This document shows positions 39,130-49,610 of a stretch of DNA of 64,000 nt, piece by piece. The stretch covers positions 1,233 through 65,232 of the forward strand of contig CALMMX010000231.1 in the NCBI GenBank assembly GCA_937868545.1, read 5' to 3'. Position numbers and translations under genes: made by a program. The notes beneath the pieces were generated by a model. The model did no database searches and was not told the DNA's origin. It was given only the letters and a program-made list of their open reading frames with translations. Positions within the stretch are counted from its first letter, which is position 1. Every line of letters begins with the position of its first letter. Origin of the DNA: an uncultured Bacteroidota bacterium (lineage in GTDB: Bacteria > Bacteroidota > Bacteroidia > B-17B0 > Aurantibacillaceae).

Positions 39130-39799
39130 CTCTTTTATGTTTTAAAATTGCCATTCTATTTTTAATATCTAAAATCCATAAGCTAATAAGCACCCAACCT
39201 ATAACAGCAGGATAAAATACAGTTCTTAATTGACTATCCATATCATATTGAGCAAATTTGGCATTACCACCATTTCCAGGATGTAAAGAATCTGTTATTC
39301 GTGGAAGTATCATAATAAACACATTCATCATTACAAAGGCAAAAATATTATATACCGCCGAAATTCTTGCTCTCTTTAATTCATCAGCTATTGAACTTCT
39401 TAAAATAAAATAAGCCAAATAAATAAGAACAGCTATTGCCACGCCGTTTAATTTTGGATCTTCAAATGTCCACCAAGTACCCCAAGTAAAGCGAGCCCAC
39501 ATGCAACCAGTTAATAAACCAGGAATACTAAAAAACAATCCCACTTGCGCTGCTTGATTACTTAAAATATCAGATTTAATATCATTTTTTGAAAGGTGTT
39601 TTACGGCAAACCAAACCGAAACACCCATTTGGAATAACATTGCAAACCAAATAGGCACATGGTAATACACATTTCTAATAGTTTCGTTAAGAATATCTAA
39701 GCGAGGTACGTTATTTAATAAGCCCCATACAATAGTATAAAGTATAAGAGATGCACCAAGTATTTTCCACCATTTAATCATATAACTTAATCTTTCCAA
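39119..39799 (-). CDS. ccmC: heme exporter protein CcmC
   Basis: W-rich motif WGTWWTFEDPKLNG; 226 aa polytopic. Confidence 0.85.
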   Translation of the reverse strand: MERLSYMIKWWKILGASLILYTIVWGLLNNVPRLDILNETIRNVYYHVPIWFAMLFQMGVSVWFAVKHLSKNDIKSDILSNQAAQVGLFFSIPGLLTGCMWARFTWGTWWTFEDPKLNGVAIAVLIYLAYFILRSSIADELKRARISAVYNIFAFVMMNVFIMILPRITDSLHPGNGGNAKFAQYDMDSQLRTVFYPAVIGWVLISLWILDIKNRMAILKHKRDEE

Positions 39800-40446
39800 A
39801 GATAATTAAATAAAAGAGTTGCTAAAGCAATTACCACTAAGTTTAGCATTAATAAAATAAGTAAATATTTAAAACTTACGCTCCAAGCAATGCCATCTAT
39901 AGCAAATTTGCTTAATTTAATTGAAACCAAAATGAGTGGCATTAAAACGGGGAAGCTTAAAATTGCCATTAAACTAATGTTATTTGAGGCTTTTGAAGCA
40001 ATGGCACTCATTAAACTTAATACGCCCGAAAATGCTGTGGAACTAAACAATAAACATAATAAATACATGCCCATGTTTTGAACCATACTGCCAATAAACC
40101 ACGAATAAAAGAAAAAAGTAAGCAAGCTTAAAGTGGCCATTAAAAGCATATTGTAAACAATTTTGCTTAAAATAAACATACGTGGATTGTAGTATAAATA
40201 GTTAAATAAGGCTTTGCCTTTGGTTTCTTGTAAGAAACTTTTGCTCGAAACATTAATGGTTATAAATAAAAAAATAACCCAAAATAGGGCATTCCAAACA
40301 GTAGGGTTAAGTATTTTTTTGAAACATAAGGCAGAAACAAACACTGTAGAAATAATATAAACCAAAATTCCGGCAAGGGTTGATTTTTGCCTAAATTCTA
40401 TTAAAAATTCCTTTTTAACAAGTTGGATAAATGTGCCTTTTAACAT
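39787..40446 (-). CDS. ccmB: heme exporter permease CcmB
   Basis: 219 aa, about 6 TM spans, position and size typical of CcmB, overlaps ccmC. Confidence 0.7.
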   Translation of the reverse strand: MLKGTFIQLVKKEFLIEFRQKSTLAGILVYIISTVFVSALCFKKILNPTVWNALFWVIFLFITINVSSKSFLQETKGKALFNYLYYNPRMFILSKIVYNMLLMATLSLLTFFFYSWFIGSMVQNMGMYLLCLLFSSTAFSGVLSLMSAIASKASNNISLMAILSFPVLMPLILVSIKLSKFAIDGIAWSVSFKYLLILLMLNLVVIALATLLFNYLWKD

Positions 40447-40476
40447 TGGGGCACAAATTTACACTCTAATAGTGAT

Positions 40477-40517
40477 AATAACAATATTATGGCTATTTAA
40501 ACCATAATATTGTTATT
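40477..40517 (-). terminator. 16-bp perfect hairpin downstream of the type B T9SS adhesin gene
   Basis: AATAACAATATTATGG (40477-40492) pairs with CCATAATATTGTTATT (40502-40517), 9-nt loop. No clear T-run. Confidence 0.5.
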
Positions 40518-40528
40518 TTGATAGGTGC

Positions 40529-43500
40529 TTATCTAATTATTTGGAAATAACCTTTGTAATTATTAGGATTTGCTTCAGGTACTGTTAAAATATAGAAATA
40601 AGTACCATCTACATAACCACCGCCATTCCAATCGTTTTTGTAGTTATCTTGTTCATATAACTTTTTACCCCAACGGTTATAAATTTTAATGTTATTGGTA
40701 TTATAAAACTCTAAATTTTTAAATTTCAATACTTCATTTACATTATCTCCATTTGGTGTAATTACATTTGGCAATACTAAAACTGCCTCAACCGTATACA
40801 TAACTGTTACTGTATCTTTGCAACCTGTTGCACTTGTAACAATTAATGTTACTGGGAATGTTCCTGCATTTGGATATGCATAATTAACAGGATTTCCGCT
40901 GGCTCCATTACCATCGCCAAACGACCAAACCGAAGTGGTTATAGATCCTGCGGAAATAGTAGAAGTACTTGCAAAATTAATTAGCTGTTCAGGCACCACA
41001 GGCGATGGAGGCGTTGATACAAAACTAGCCACAGGCACAATATCATTTACTACTGTAATTGTTTTTGTAGCTATACAACCTTTAGCATCAGTAAAATTAA
41101 CTACTACATCTCCTGCTGCACAAACGGTTATAGAACTAGTTGTATTAGAAGGGCTGCCCACCCATGAATAGGTAAATGGACTAAATGAAGAAGTTCCAGC
41201 AGCAGTAATTGTTGCACATTCACCTGGACAGATTGTTAAATCAGGTGAAGCTAAAAGAACAGAAGGACTAGATCTTACAGTTGTTATAGTTGCTCTACCT
41301 TTACATGCATTTTGATCAGTAACTTGCACCGTATAAGTTCCAGGAGTTGATGTTGTAGCAGTTGATGCTGTACCAAGAACAACTGGAGTCCAAGAATAAG
41401 TATATGCAGGTGCACCACCCGTAACAGTTGGTGTAAGAGTTGCATTAAAACCATTACAAAATACAATTGGAGCAGAACCTAAAGTAACAGTAGGATTTGC
41501 AGCAACTACAACAGAACATGTATTTGAAACCAAACTAGTACATCCACTTGTTGTATTAGTAACTTGTAAAGTTACCACCGTTGCACTTGTAACCGTAATT
41601 GAAGAAGCATGAGAACCTGTACTCCACGTATAAGAATATGCCCCAGTAGGTGAAAATGAAATTGCTGCCACAGTTGCACTTGCTCCTGAACACATACCCA
41701 CAGAATTAGGAATTGTAACTGTTGGAGTTGGACTAATAACCACATTAACTGTTTTTGTTACAATACATGATCCAGCATCAACCGTACAAGTATAAACTCC
41801 AGCAGTAGAAACAGTTGTTGTTTGTGTTGTTGCACCATTGCTCCAACTATAACTAGTAGCCCCAGAAATAGAAGCCGTTAAGGTTGTTGTGCCAGCTCCA
41901 CAAATTGATAAAGGACTAGCTGTTAAACTTAAAGTTGGCGAATTTGTAGATACAGTAAAGGCTGCACTAGCAGAACAACCATTAATATCAGTTACTAAAA
42001 CCGTATATGGAATACCAAATGAAGAACCTGTTAACGCAGCAGTTGAAGTTGTAATAGACCCTGGTGACCAAACATAAGTACTGTAACTTGGCATACCCGC
42101 TAATGGCGAAGCTAAAGAAAGACTAGTACTTGTAGCAGGTGAACAATAATTTAAAGGACCTACCACAATTGGAATAGGATTTGGAAATACAAATACCGAA
42201 TCTTTGGTAGATTTATAACAACCCGTTTTTTCAACTGTAACATAATATGGCCCTGTAGCACTTGCTATTATTGAACAACCACTAGCACCAGTGCTCCAGT
42301 AAACGTTATCATAATCGGTACAATTTATTAAAGTTAATGTAGCTCCTGGAGTGGCGCAAACTGTTCCGGTTGGAGAGGTTGCCAAAGTTGGGCTTGGAAT
42401 TGTAATGCCCTTTATTTGAATATAATAGGTGGCCGAAGTGGATAATGGAGGTAATCCATTATCTGTTCCTGTAATTACTATCGTATGAACTCCCGTAACA
42501 GTAGGAGATCCAATAACCATCCATGATAATGTTGTTAATCCTGCTGTAGAAGTGGTAACAGCTAATGGTGTAAAACTACCACCAAGTGTTGGAGCGCTTG
42601 AGGTAATAGTAATTGACTGAGTAGGTTCTGGAGCTAAAAAGGTTGTAGTATAAACCAAGGTATCGCCCAAAGCGCAAATTTTTAATGTATCACCACAAAG
42701 AGAACCACCTCCAGTAGCATCTTGAATAATAGGAGGCAAATTACCACCAGAACCACAAGTATTAAAGAAATATGATTTGTTATCTAAAAAAGAAATGCCA
42801 TCATTTAATCCATAAGGCCCATCATACGACAAACCAGCTTGGTCAAATCGTCCTAATTGCACATAATTTAAACGATCTCCTTTGTTTACACCAGCAGTTG
42901 CAGGTATACCACCAAATCCACCAACACCAGAAGATGCTGCACCTGTGGTCCATTGCATATCACCATAGCAAAATGCCACGTTATTTCCTCCAACAAGAAT
43001 TGGATCAGTACCATCGGTAATAATTAATTGAAAATCGTTTTTTAAGTCGTCTTCACTTGAATAATAACCAACATTACTCCATTTAACAATAAGTGCTGTG
43101 GGCGTTTTTTTAAAATATACAAGTCCACTTCCTGCTGCACGAGTATCAACATCTCCCCAAAAAGGAGCAATCATAATGGTATCTAAACTCAATGGGTCAC
43201 CAGCAGGGAAACCACCTGCGCTAAAAGAAGCTAAACCAGTATTAAATGTAATATTTCCATTATTATTTATAAAACAACTTGTGTAGGTTGTACCATAAAA
43301 ACAAAAATTAAAACCTAAAGGAATACTAGCTGAAAATCCATCATCATTTCTGTAACTAGGTGCAGAATAACCCACCATTGGAACAACTGAAAAAGTAGGG
43401 TCAACAGGCACCATGCACTGACAAGCAGATGTAGTAGTTGTTCTAAAACTCATTGTATTTGGCTCTGTTGTTAAATTCACATGGTTTTGATCAACATGTG

Positions 43501-43651
43501 CACTAGCTTCTAAAAACTTATAGTGCGCCCTTGGGTTTAATGTCCCTGCTTGCTTCATTGCATCATAAGCTTGAGGAGTTGTATAAACAGTTTGAGCAAA
43601 CGAAAAAGTAACAGTTATAATTCCTATTAAAAATAAGGTAAATTTTTTCAT
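40529..43651 (-). CDS. large adhesin-like protein: NIDO-like domain + SprB/Ig-like Cys-pair repeats + PKD-like domain + type B T9SS (gliding-motility-associated) C-terminal domain
   Basis: The C-terminus PNVITPNGDNVNEVL...IYNRWGKKLYE...NDWNGG...GTYFYIL is the classic type B sorting domain. The body has repeats of the type C.G....L.A...G...Y.YSW. See the finding for the N-terminal NIDO-like segment. Confidence 0.85.
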   Translation of the reverse strand: MKKFTLFLIGIITVTFSFAQTVYTTPQAYDAMKQAGTLNPRAHYKFLEASAHVDQNHVNLTTEPNTMSFRTTTTSACQCMVPVDPTFSVVPMVGYSAPSYRNDDGFSASIPLGFNFCFYGTTYTSCFINNNGNITFNTGLASFSAGGFPAGDPLSLDTIMIAPFWGDVDTRAAGSGLVYFKKTPTALIVKWSNVGYYSSEDDLKNDFQLIITDGTDPILVGGNNVAFCYGDMQWTTGAASSGVGGFGGIPATAGVNKGDRLNYVQLGRFDQAGLSYDGPYGLNDGISFLDNKSYFFNTCGSGGNLPPIIQDATGGGSLCGDTLKICALGDTLVYTTTFLAPEPTQSITITSSAPTLGGSFTPLAVTTSTAGLTTLSWMVIGSPTVTGVHTIVITGTDNGLPPLSTSATYYIQIKGITIPSPTLATSPTGTVCATPGATLTLINCTDYDNVYWSTGASGCSIIASATGPYYVTVEKTGCYKSTKDSVFVFPNPIPIVVGPLNYCSPATSTSLSLASPLAGMPSYSTYVWSPGSITTSTAALTGSSFGIPYTVLVTDINGCSASAAFTVSTNSPTLSLTASPLSICGAGTTTLTASISGATSYSWSNGATTQTTTVSTAGVYTCTVDAGSCIVTKTVNVVISPTPTVTIPNSVGMCSGASATVAAISFSPTGAYSYTWSTGSHASSITVTSATVVTLQVTNTTSGCTSLVSNTCSVVVAANPTVTLGSAPIVFCNGFNATLTPTVTGGAPAYTYSWTPVVLGTASTATTSTPGTYTVQVTDQNACKGRATITTVRSSPSVLLASPDLTICPGECATITAAGTSSFSPFTYSWVGSPSNTTSSITVCAAGDVVVNFTDAKGCIATKTITVVNDIVPVASFVSTPPSPVVPEQLINFASTSTISAGSITTSVWSFGDGNGASGNPVNYAYPNAGTFPVTLIVTSATGCKDTVTVMYTVEAVLVLPNVITPNGDNVNEVLKFKNLEFYNTNNIKIYNRWGKKLYEQDNYKNDWNGGGYVDGTYFYILTVPEANPNNYKGYFQIIR

Positions 43652-43734
43652 GATAATTAATGTAATAAATTGATAACCAAATATAACGATTTATTAACTA
43701 AAAAATCTACCTTTACGTTAAAACACCAATGTAA

Positions 43735-44298
43735 ATGAGTAAAATAGCAGTTATAGTTAGTATAGCCATTTTAGCATTCTTAATTTTTTCATTTTTTACA
43801 AGAAAAGGAAAGCCAACATCTTCTATTCATCAATTTAAAGCAAAAACTATTGAAGGAGATACACTTGATTTTTCAACTTTAAAAGGTAAAAAAATACTTA
43901 TTGTTAATACTGCCAGTAAATGTGGGTTTACTCCACAGTTCAAAGAACTTGAAGAATTATTTTTAAAATATTCTGATAAAAATTTCACAATCATAGGCTT
44001 TCCTTGCAATCAGTTTGGGGAACAAGACCCAGGAACAGGAACCGAAATAAAAGAATTTTGCACAAGAAACTATGGTGTTACTTTTACAATGATGGAAAAA
44101 GTAAATGTAAAAGGCGATAGTATTTCTGAAATTTATAAATGGCTGACTTGTAAAGATAAAAATGGGGTAATGAATAGTTCAGTAAAATGGAATTTTCAAA
44201 AATACATGATTGATGAAGATGGTTTTTTAGTAGACTTTTTATATTCTTTTAAAAAACCTAATTCCCAAAAAATTGTTTCGTGGATAGAAAAGAAATAA
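43735..44298 (+). CDS. gpx: glutathione peroxidase
   Basis: NTASKCGFTPQ active-site context, FPCNQFG, WNFQKY. Confidence 0.9.
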   Translation: MSKIAVIVSIAILAFLIFSFFTRKGKPTSSIHQFKAKTIEGDTLDFSTLKGKKILIVNTASKCGFTPQFKELEELFLKYSDKNFTIIGFPCNQFGEQDPGTGTEIKEFCTRNYGVTFTMMEKVNVKGDSISEIYKWLTCKDKNGVMNSSVKWNFQKYMIDEDGFLVDFLYSFKKPNSQKIVSWIEKK

Positions 44299-44472
44299 AT
44301 ATTGAACAGCAAAACTTCAACATTCTGAATTCACAATTAGTTAAATCAAACGCTGATGACGCTGATAATTAAGATTTTTGCAGAATAACCATACCATGTT
44401 TATTTCAATGTTACAATAAAAAAATGACTAGCAAGGAATGCCAGGTATGTTAACTAGCAAAAAAGTCGACTA

Positions 44473-46248
44473 CTAAAACGGAACAAATGTTAAACCTGCC
44501 ATTAAATTAAAACGCTGGCTAGGATATTTTTCCCAACGGTAATATCGCATATTAGCAATGTTATTAAAGTTTACAAAAAACGATAGCATTTTGCTATATC
44601 TGTATTCTGCACCTAAATTAATATCCCCTAAGCCTTTCAATAATTTCGGTTCCATTGTAATAACTCCAGAATTATCAACTTGTGTAAGAGCCCATTGATC
44701 TCCAATTACATAAATATCTGCTTTTAAAATAATTTTACTTTTCAAATTATATAAAGTTGAAAAAGTTAAATCATAACTTGGTTTATGATAAGGTCGAGTT
44801 AAATTTTCGGTTTTATATAAATGGTAATTTCCTTTTGCTAAAAAATGTATCTTTTCTTTATACTGATATTTTAATTGCCCCGAAACATTAAAATAACTGG
44901 TATTATCATAAATTACTTTGTACTTATTATCCAGCGTTGTTAAATCACTATAATCTATAACAAAAAAATTCATGCTATCAATTTTACTGTAACTAGCTTT
45001 AGCATCATAACTTAAATTAGAACTTAAATTCCCTTTTAAACCACCAAATACATTAAACTTAACGTTTGTGTTCTTGTAATTTAATTCTGATTTTATAAAT
45101 GGATTTTCTGATGATAAACTACGTAGTGAGTTTTTTTGTAAGCCACCATTCAATCCTACATAAGGTATAATAATACTTTGATACACATCATACTGAGCAT
45201 TTAATTGTGGGTAAAAATAAAACTTACCTGAGCCTACTTTACTCATTACATCAAGTGCTACAGCCAATCCAATATCAGCTTTCCATTTATTTTTTTGTGC
45301 CTCGAAATACGGATTAAGTTTAACTATTACATCATTTAATGTATCATTCGGTAGTTTATGATTATAATAATCTGCATCAAACTTCACAAATAAACGCTCC
45401 TTTTGAACATAGGTATTAAACACTGTATTTAGTTTAATGTTGTTTTCAGAAACATTATAAATATCGCTTAAATTGTAATAACCCAATTTTACAAAATGAT
45501 TAATTTTTGAGCTATCAGTATAATGACTTTGAAGTTTAACTACTGGCTCAAATAATTGGTAACGTTGTTTTGTATAATCTTTAGTTAATTTACTTTCAGA
45601 AGTATCATACCCATAAAAATGACTTACATTACGTTTGTAATTAAACTCGCCAGTTAGAGTGTGCTTTTTATAAAACTTTTTAGCAAACAACTCTCCTTCA
45701 TTATCACTATAACCACTGTAACCAACGCTTTTTAATTGTGAAGAAGATGATAGATGTTTTAAATGTAAGCCATAAGCCATATCGCGAGTTCTTAAACTAC
45801 TAATCCAAAATTCGCCATAAGGAGTTGTGTATGTTCCTAAACCTAATTTTAGCAATGAACGGTATAACTTAGCCAAAGGTTCATTTTGCATTTTTGCAGC
45901 ATCAATAGGAATTACTTCATATTTACTTACAAGTGGTGTAGATTGAATACCATAATTAATATTCGAAATTTTATTTACAGAATCTTTAATCTCTGGCAAA
46001 TCACTCAATTTTACAGCATCCTTAATGGTAGGCTGATAAGTACTAGTAATAGTGTAATTTTGAGTAGTTCCTCCTGTTTGCGCTAATGCGGCAACTACAT
46101 AACCCAATACCAATAATAAAACAAAAAACCATTGCAGTTTTTTTGTGCGTTTTTTTTGCAAAGATTGCTCTTGTTCAAACACAAAGCTATTGCCATATTT
46201 AGTGGATGACAATGTGGTTTTACTTGTATAATTCTTTAAGTTACTCAT
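44473..46248 (-). CDS. putative outer-membrane porin-like beta-barrel
   Basis: 591 aa, strand-like alternation throughout, C-terminal ...MAGLTFVPF. 8-nt overlap with the upstream TPR gene. Confidence 0.55.
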   Translation of the reverse strand: MSNLKNYTSKTTLSSTKYGNSFVFEQEQSLQKKRTKKLQWFFVLLLVLGYVVAALAQTGGTTQNYTITSTYQPTIKDAVKLSDLPEIKDSVNKISNINYGIQSTPLVSKYEVIPIDAAKMQNEPLAKLYRSLLKLGLGTYTTPYGEFWISSLRTRDMAYGLHLKHLSSSSQLKSVGYSGYSDNEGELFAKKFYKKHTLTGEFNYKRNVSHFYGYDTSESKLTKDYTKQRYQLFEPVVKLQSHYTDSSKINHFVKLGYYNLSDIYNVSENNIKLNTVFNTYVQKERLFVKFDADYYNHKLPNDTLNDVIVKLNPYFEAQKNKWKADIGLAVALDVMSKVGSGKFYFYPQLNAQYDVYQSIIIPYVGLNGGLQKNSLRSLSSENPFIKSELNYKNTNVKFNVFGGLKGNLSSNLSYDAKASYSKIDSMNFFVIDYSDLTTLDNKYKVIYDNTSYFNVSGQLKYQYKEKIHFLAKGNYHLYKTENLTRPYHKPSYDLTFSTLYNLKSKIILKADIYVIGDQWALTQVDNSGVITMEPKLLKGLGDINLGAEYRYSKMLSFFVNFNNIANMRYYRWEKYPSQRFNLMAGLTFVPF

Positions 46249-49200
46249 TTTTATTATCTTTTTTTTCAGTATTTAACTGTTTTTGCTGTGCGTCATATAA
46301 CTGGTCAAACAAATCTTTATCTTGATTTTCTGATTTAAATTCCACTTTCATATCGCTGGTGTTTCCTGTATTATCAGGCATTGTACGAGCGCTCTTTTTA
46401 GCTTTTAATTCCGCTAATTTTGCATTTGCTTCATCAACATATTCTTGTTTTTGTTTAGCATCTATAATAGTTTGAAGCATTAATTCAGCATCAGCATCAT
46501 CACCCTTAGCAATATAGGCATCAGCTAACAGTAATAAACCTTTCGTATTCCAATCATCATTAGAATAATTATAACTAATTAAACTATTAACTGTTTTTTC
46601 TACTTGCGTATAATCTTGTTTTGCATAATAAATCTTTCCTATATGATATAAAGCCTCTGCACCAGTAATGTTTTTAGAGCTTTTGTAAATGGCTTTAAAT
46701 TCAAGCATCGCGTCATCATAACGTTGCAACTCGTACAATGATTTTGCCTTATCATATTTAGCTTCATTAGATTGTTGTGGTGTAATTTTTTCGGTATTTA
46801 AAACTTTCACCGCATTGTCTAAAGCTACATCGTATTTCTTCAATTCAAAAGCACAACGCATAGCGCCTAATCTGCCGCCCAGTTTGTTTGAAGGTGTTTC
46901 TGCTAGGTCTTCTAATCTTACATATAAAGGCAATGCTTCTTCATACTTTTTATCTTTATATAAAATATATGATGACTTTGCTAAAGCTGTTTCCGAATTT
47001 CCACCGTTTGGTTTACTATTAATGTATTGGTAAGAAGGCAAGGCTTTGTCATACATTAATTTACTATAGGCACATTCTGCATAACAAAAATGGGCTTCGG
47101 CAATGTACTTACCCTCAGGGAATTTAGAAATATAACTATCAAATTTTTGCATTGCTAAATCATAATTTTTCTCATTATAATAAGCCTCACGTGCTACTTC
47201 ATACAATGACGTTTCTAATTCACTTGTATTTAAAGGATTTCCAACATTTTTAAAATATTCTTCTAAACCTGCAATATCTTTTTTAGCTTCAAAAATTCGT
47301 TTAATATAATCCAAGGCATCTTTAGCTTCAGAACTTTTAGGGTCTTTCTTTACAATCTTATCAAAATATTCGAAGGCTTTATCATCGTTATTTTTATTAT
47401 AATAAATTAAGCCCAAACCTGCTAAAGCTGGATTTACATAAGTAGATTTAGGATAGTCGTTTAATACTTTTTGATAATAGGTAATAGCATTATCACCATC
47501 ATTTAAATCTTTATCATAGGTTTCGGCTGTTTCGAAAACCGAAGCTGTAACATAATTAGATTTAGGGTATTTAGTAACTAAATCTTTTAAATCATTTACT
47601 TTTTCTTTATTGTTTTTTAATAAACCATTGCACAAAGCTTTTTGGTATAAACAATAATCAACATCCATAGCATTAAGTGCAATTGCCGATTTGTAATACT
47701 CCGCAGCTTGAAGATAAACGTTATTCATAAAATAACTATCGGCAGTTCTAACATTTGCATCAGCTATTTTTTTTGGGTCGTATTTATTTTTAGTAAGCAA
47801 AAATTTACGGAATGCAATATTTGCATTATCATAATCTCCTTTAGTTTTTTGTTGAAAATAAGCATAACCTATATTGTAATTAGATAAATCATATTCCTTT
47901 AAACTAATTGCCCCTTCATTTAACTGAAAGGCTTTCCATGTTTCAACAGCAGTAGCATAATCTTTCTTTAGATAAGAAATTTCACCTAACCAGTATTGAG
48001 AAAGTGCATTATAAGATTTATCAAAATTCACAGCCAAAGATTTTTTAAAGTACCTAGAAGCACTATCTATGTCTGAATTATTAAAAAATTCAACTCCTTT
48101 AAAATATATTAACTTTTGATAGGTGATTTTTAAAATTGGATCTAAAGGTTGTATTTTTTCTATTGAACTAATTGCTTGCCCATAATTTTTTGTAGTAGAA
48201 TACACATTTACTAAATAGTTATAAGCCTCAGGCTTTTTAGCTGATGTGGGATAAGTAGTAATATATTTTTGAAATGCCACTACTGCATCATTATACGGCG
48301 CAAATGATAACTCATAGCATAATTTTGCATAACTATATAATGCATCTTCTTTTATCTTAGGATCAAAATCCATTAAACTAGCCGCATAAAAAGCATTACG
48401 AGCTTTTGATTTATTATTGGTTTGAATATAGCAATCAGCTAAATGATACCATGCACTTTGAGCTAAACTATCTTTATTATCTACTGCTTTATCAAAATGG
48501 GAAATAGCATTTGTATAATCTTTAATTTGGTAGTAGCAATAACCTAATTCATAACTTCCCTGCGGATTAAAACCACCACCAGCTTTTTCAGATTTTTTAA
48601 AATAGTTTAATGCATTGCCAAAATCTTTTAAATTAAAATATGATTCTCCAATCATACGATTTATTTCACTTTCTTTTTGAACGTGAGAAGTGTCTGACAA
48701 TAAAGCTGGCGCATTTTTAACCACTTCACCGTACTTCCCTTGAATAAAATAAATTTGAGTAATATAATAAGGAACTACTTTTCCAAATGTTTCATCTGGT
48801 AAAAGTCTTGTAAAACCAGTTAAAGCGGTTTCGTAATTTTTTTCTTGGTAAGCAATGTGCGAGTAATAATAATTTGCTGGATGCGCGTATTTATTATCTA
48901 CATCTTTAATTTCAAATAAATCTAATTTTGCTTTGTCGTTATTTTTTTCGGTAAAATAACTATAACCACGTTTAAAATAAAGCTCAGCTAAATCCTCTTT
49001 ATTTAAATCGTAAATATCAACTTTCTCAAGGTATTTAATGGTTTCATCATATTTCTTTTTTCTAAAATTTGATTTCCCCAAATAAAAATAGGCCCATTTT
49101 AATTTATTACTTTCGGGATGTTGTTCAATAAATTGCTTCATTTGCCATTCCCCATCTTTATGAAAAAGCTCAATAGCACAAGCTGCTGCATAATACTGTG

Positions 49201-49423
49201 CTTCAGTTTTTAGCAATCTACTATCAGAGTTAGTTTGCAAATAATCTGTAAATGATTTTTGAGATGCCGTGTATTGCTTTTTATCAAACAACTCAAGCCC
49301 CGTTTTATAAAGCATATCTTTATCCAAATAAATTTGTGTTTTTTGTGAAAACACAGTATTTACAAGGCAAAAGTAAAGCGCCAGAAATAGTATTTTTTTA
49401 ATGTTCATGTTCTTATAATACAT
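46241..49423 (-). CDS. large secreted TPR-repeat protein
   Basis: About 1060 aa of TPR-like repeats (..A.Y..G..Y...K.Y..A...F...). The signal peptide probably starts at the internal Met (ATG ending 49408, MNIKKILF...). Confidence 0.8.
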   Translation of the reverse strand: MYYKNMNIKKILFLALYFCLVNTVFSQKTQIYLDKDMLYKTGLELFDKKQYTASQKSFTDYLQTNSDSRLLKTEAQYYAAACAIELFHKDGEWQMKQFIEQHPESNKLKWAYFYLGKSNFRKKKYDETIKYLEKVDIYDLNKEDLAELYFKRGYSYFTEKNNDKAKLDLFEIKDVDNKYAHPANYYYSHIAYQEKNYETALTGFTRLLPDETFGKVVPYYITQIYFIQGKYGEVVKNAPALLSDTSHVQKESEINRMIGESYFNLKDFGNALNYFKKSEKAGGGFNPQGSYELGYCYYQIKDYTNAISHFDKAVDNKDSLAQSAWYHLADCYIQTNNKSKARNAFYAASLMDFDPKIKEDALYSYAKLCYELSFAPYNDAVVAFQKYITTYPTSAKKPEAYNYLVNVYSTTKNYGQAISSIEKIQPLDPILKITYQKLIYFKGVEFFNNSDIDSASRYFKKSLAVNFDKSYNALSQYWLGEISYLKKDYATAVETWKAFQLNEGAISLKEYDLSNYNIGYAYFQQKTKGDYDNANIAFRKFLLTKNKYDPKKIADANVRTADSYFMNNVYLQAAEYYKSAIALNAMDVDYCLYQKALCNGLLKNNKEKVNDLKDLVTKYPKSNYVTASVFETAETYDKDLNDGDNAITYYQKVLNDYPKSTYVNPALAGLGLIYYNKNNDDKAFEYFDKIVKKDPKSSEAKDALDYIKRIFEAKKDIAGLEEYFKNVGNPLNTSELETSLYEVAREAYYNEKNYDLAMQKFDSYISKFPEGKYIAEAHFCYAECAYSKLMYDKALPSYQYINSKPNGGNSETALAKSSYILYKDKKYEEALPLYVRLEDLAETPSNKLGGRLGAMRCAFELKKYDVALDNAVKVLNTEKITPQQSNEAKYDKAKSLYELQRYDDAMLEFKAIYKSSKNITGAEALYHIGKIYYAKQDYTQVEKTVNSLISYNYSNDDWNTKGLLLLADAYIAKGDDADAELMLQTIIDAKQKQEYVDEANAKLAELKAKKSARTMPDNTGNTSDMKVEFKSENQDKDLFDQLYDAQQKQLNTEKKDNKNE

Positions 49424-49610
49424 TTTATATAAATAGTTAGCAATTATTTACATGAAATAATCACTCCAAAAAATATTTTTTAGGTTGCATAAATTTAAGG
49501 CTAACATAATCTCTCTTAACACGTTGGTTTTGTAGTTATTAACCCGAGTGTGTTAAAACTTGTCTTTATATCTTTTCATATCAAAAAACAATTAACGGTA
49601 CTTTAGTTTT

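Noticed and set aside
44340-44400. AAACGCTGATGACGCTGATAATTAAGATTTTTGCAGA in the gpx/porin spacer, reminiscent of short-motif arms that flank small cassettes (a possible solo arm or empty site).
   Set aside because: There is only one arm-like stretch with no inverted partner and no ORF, and the motif differs from both cassette arm types in this window. It cannot be distinguished from chance without a genome-wide motif count.
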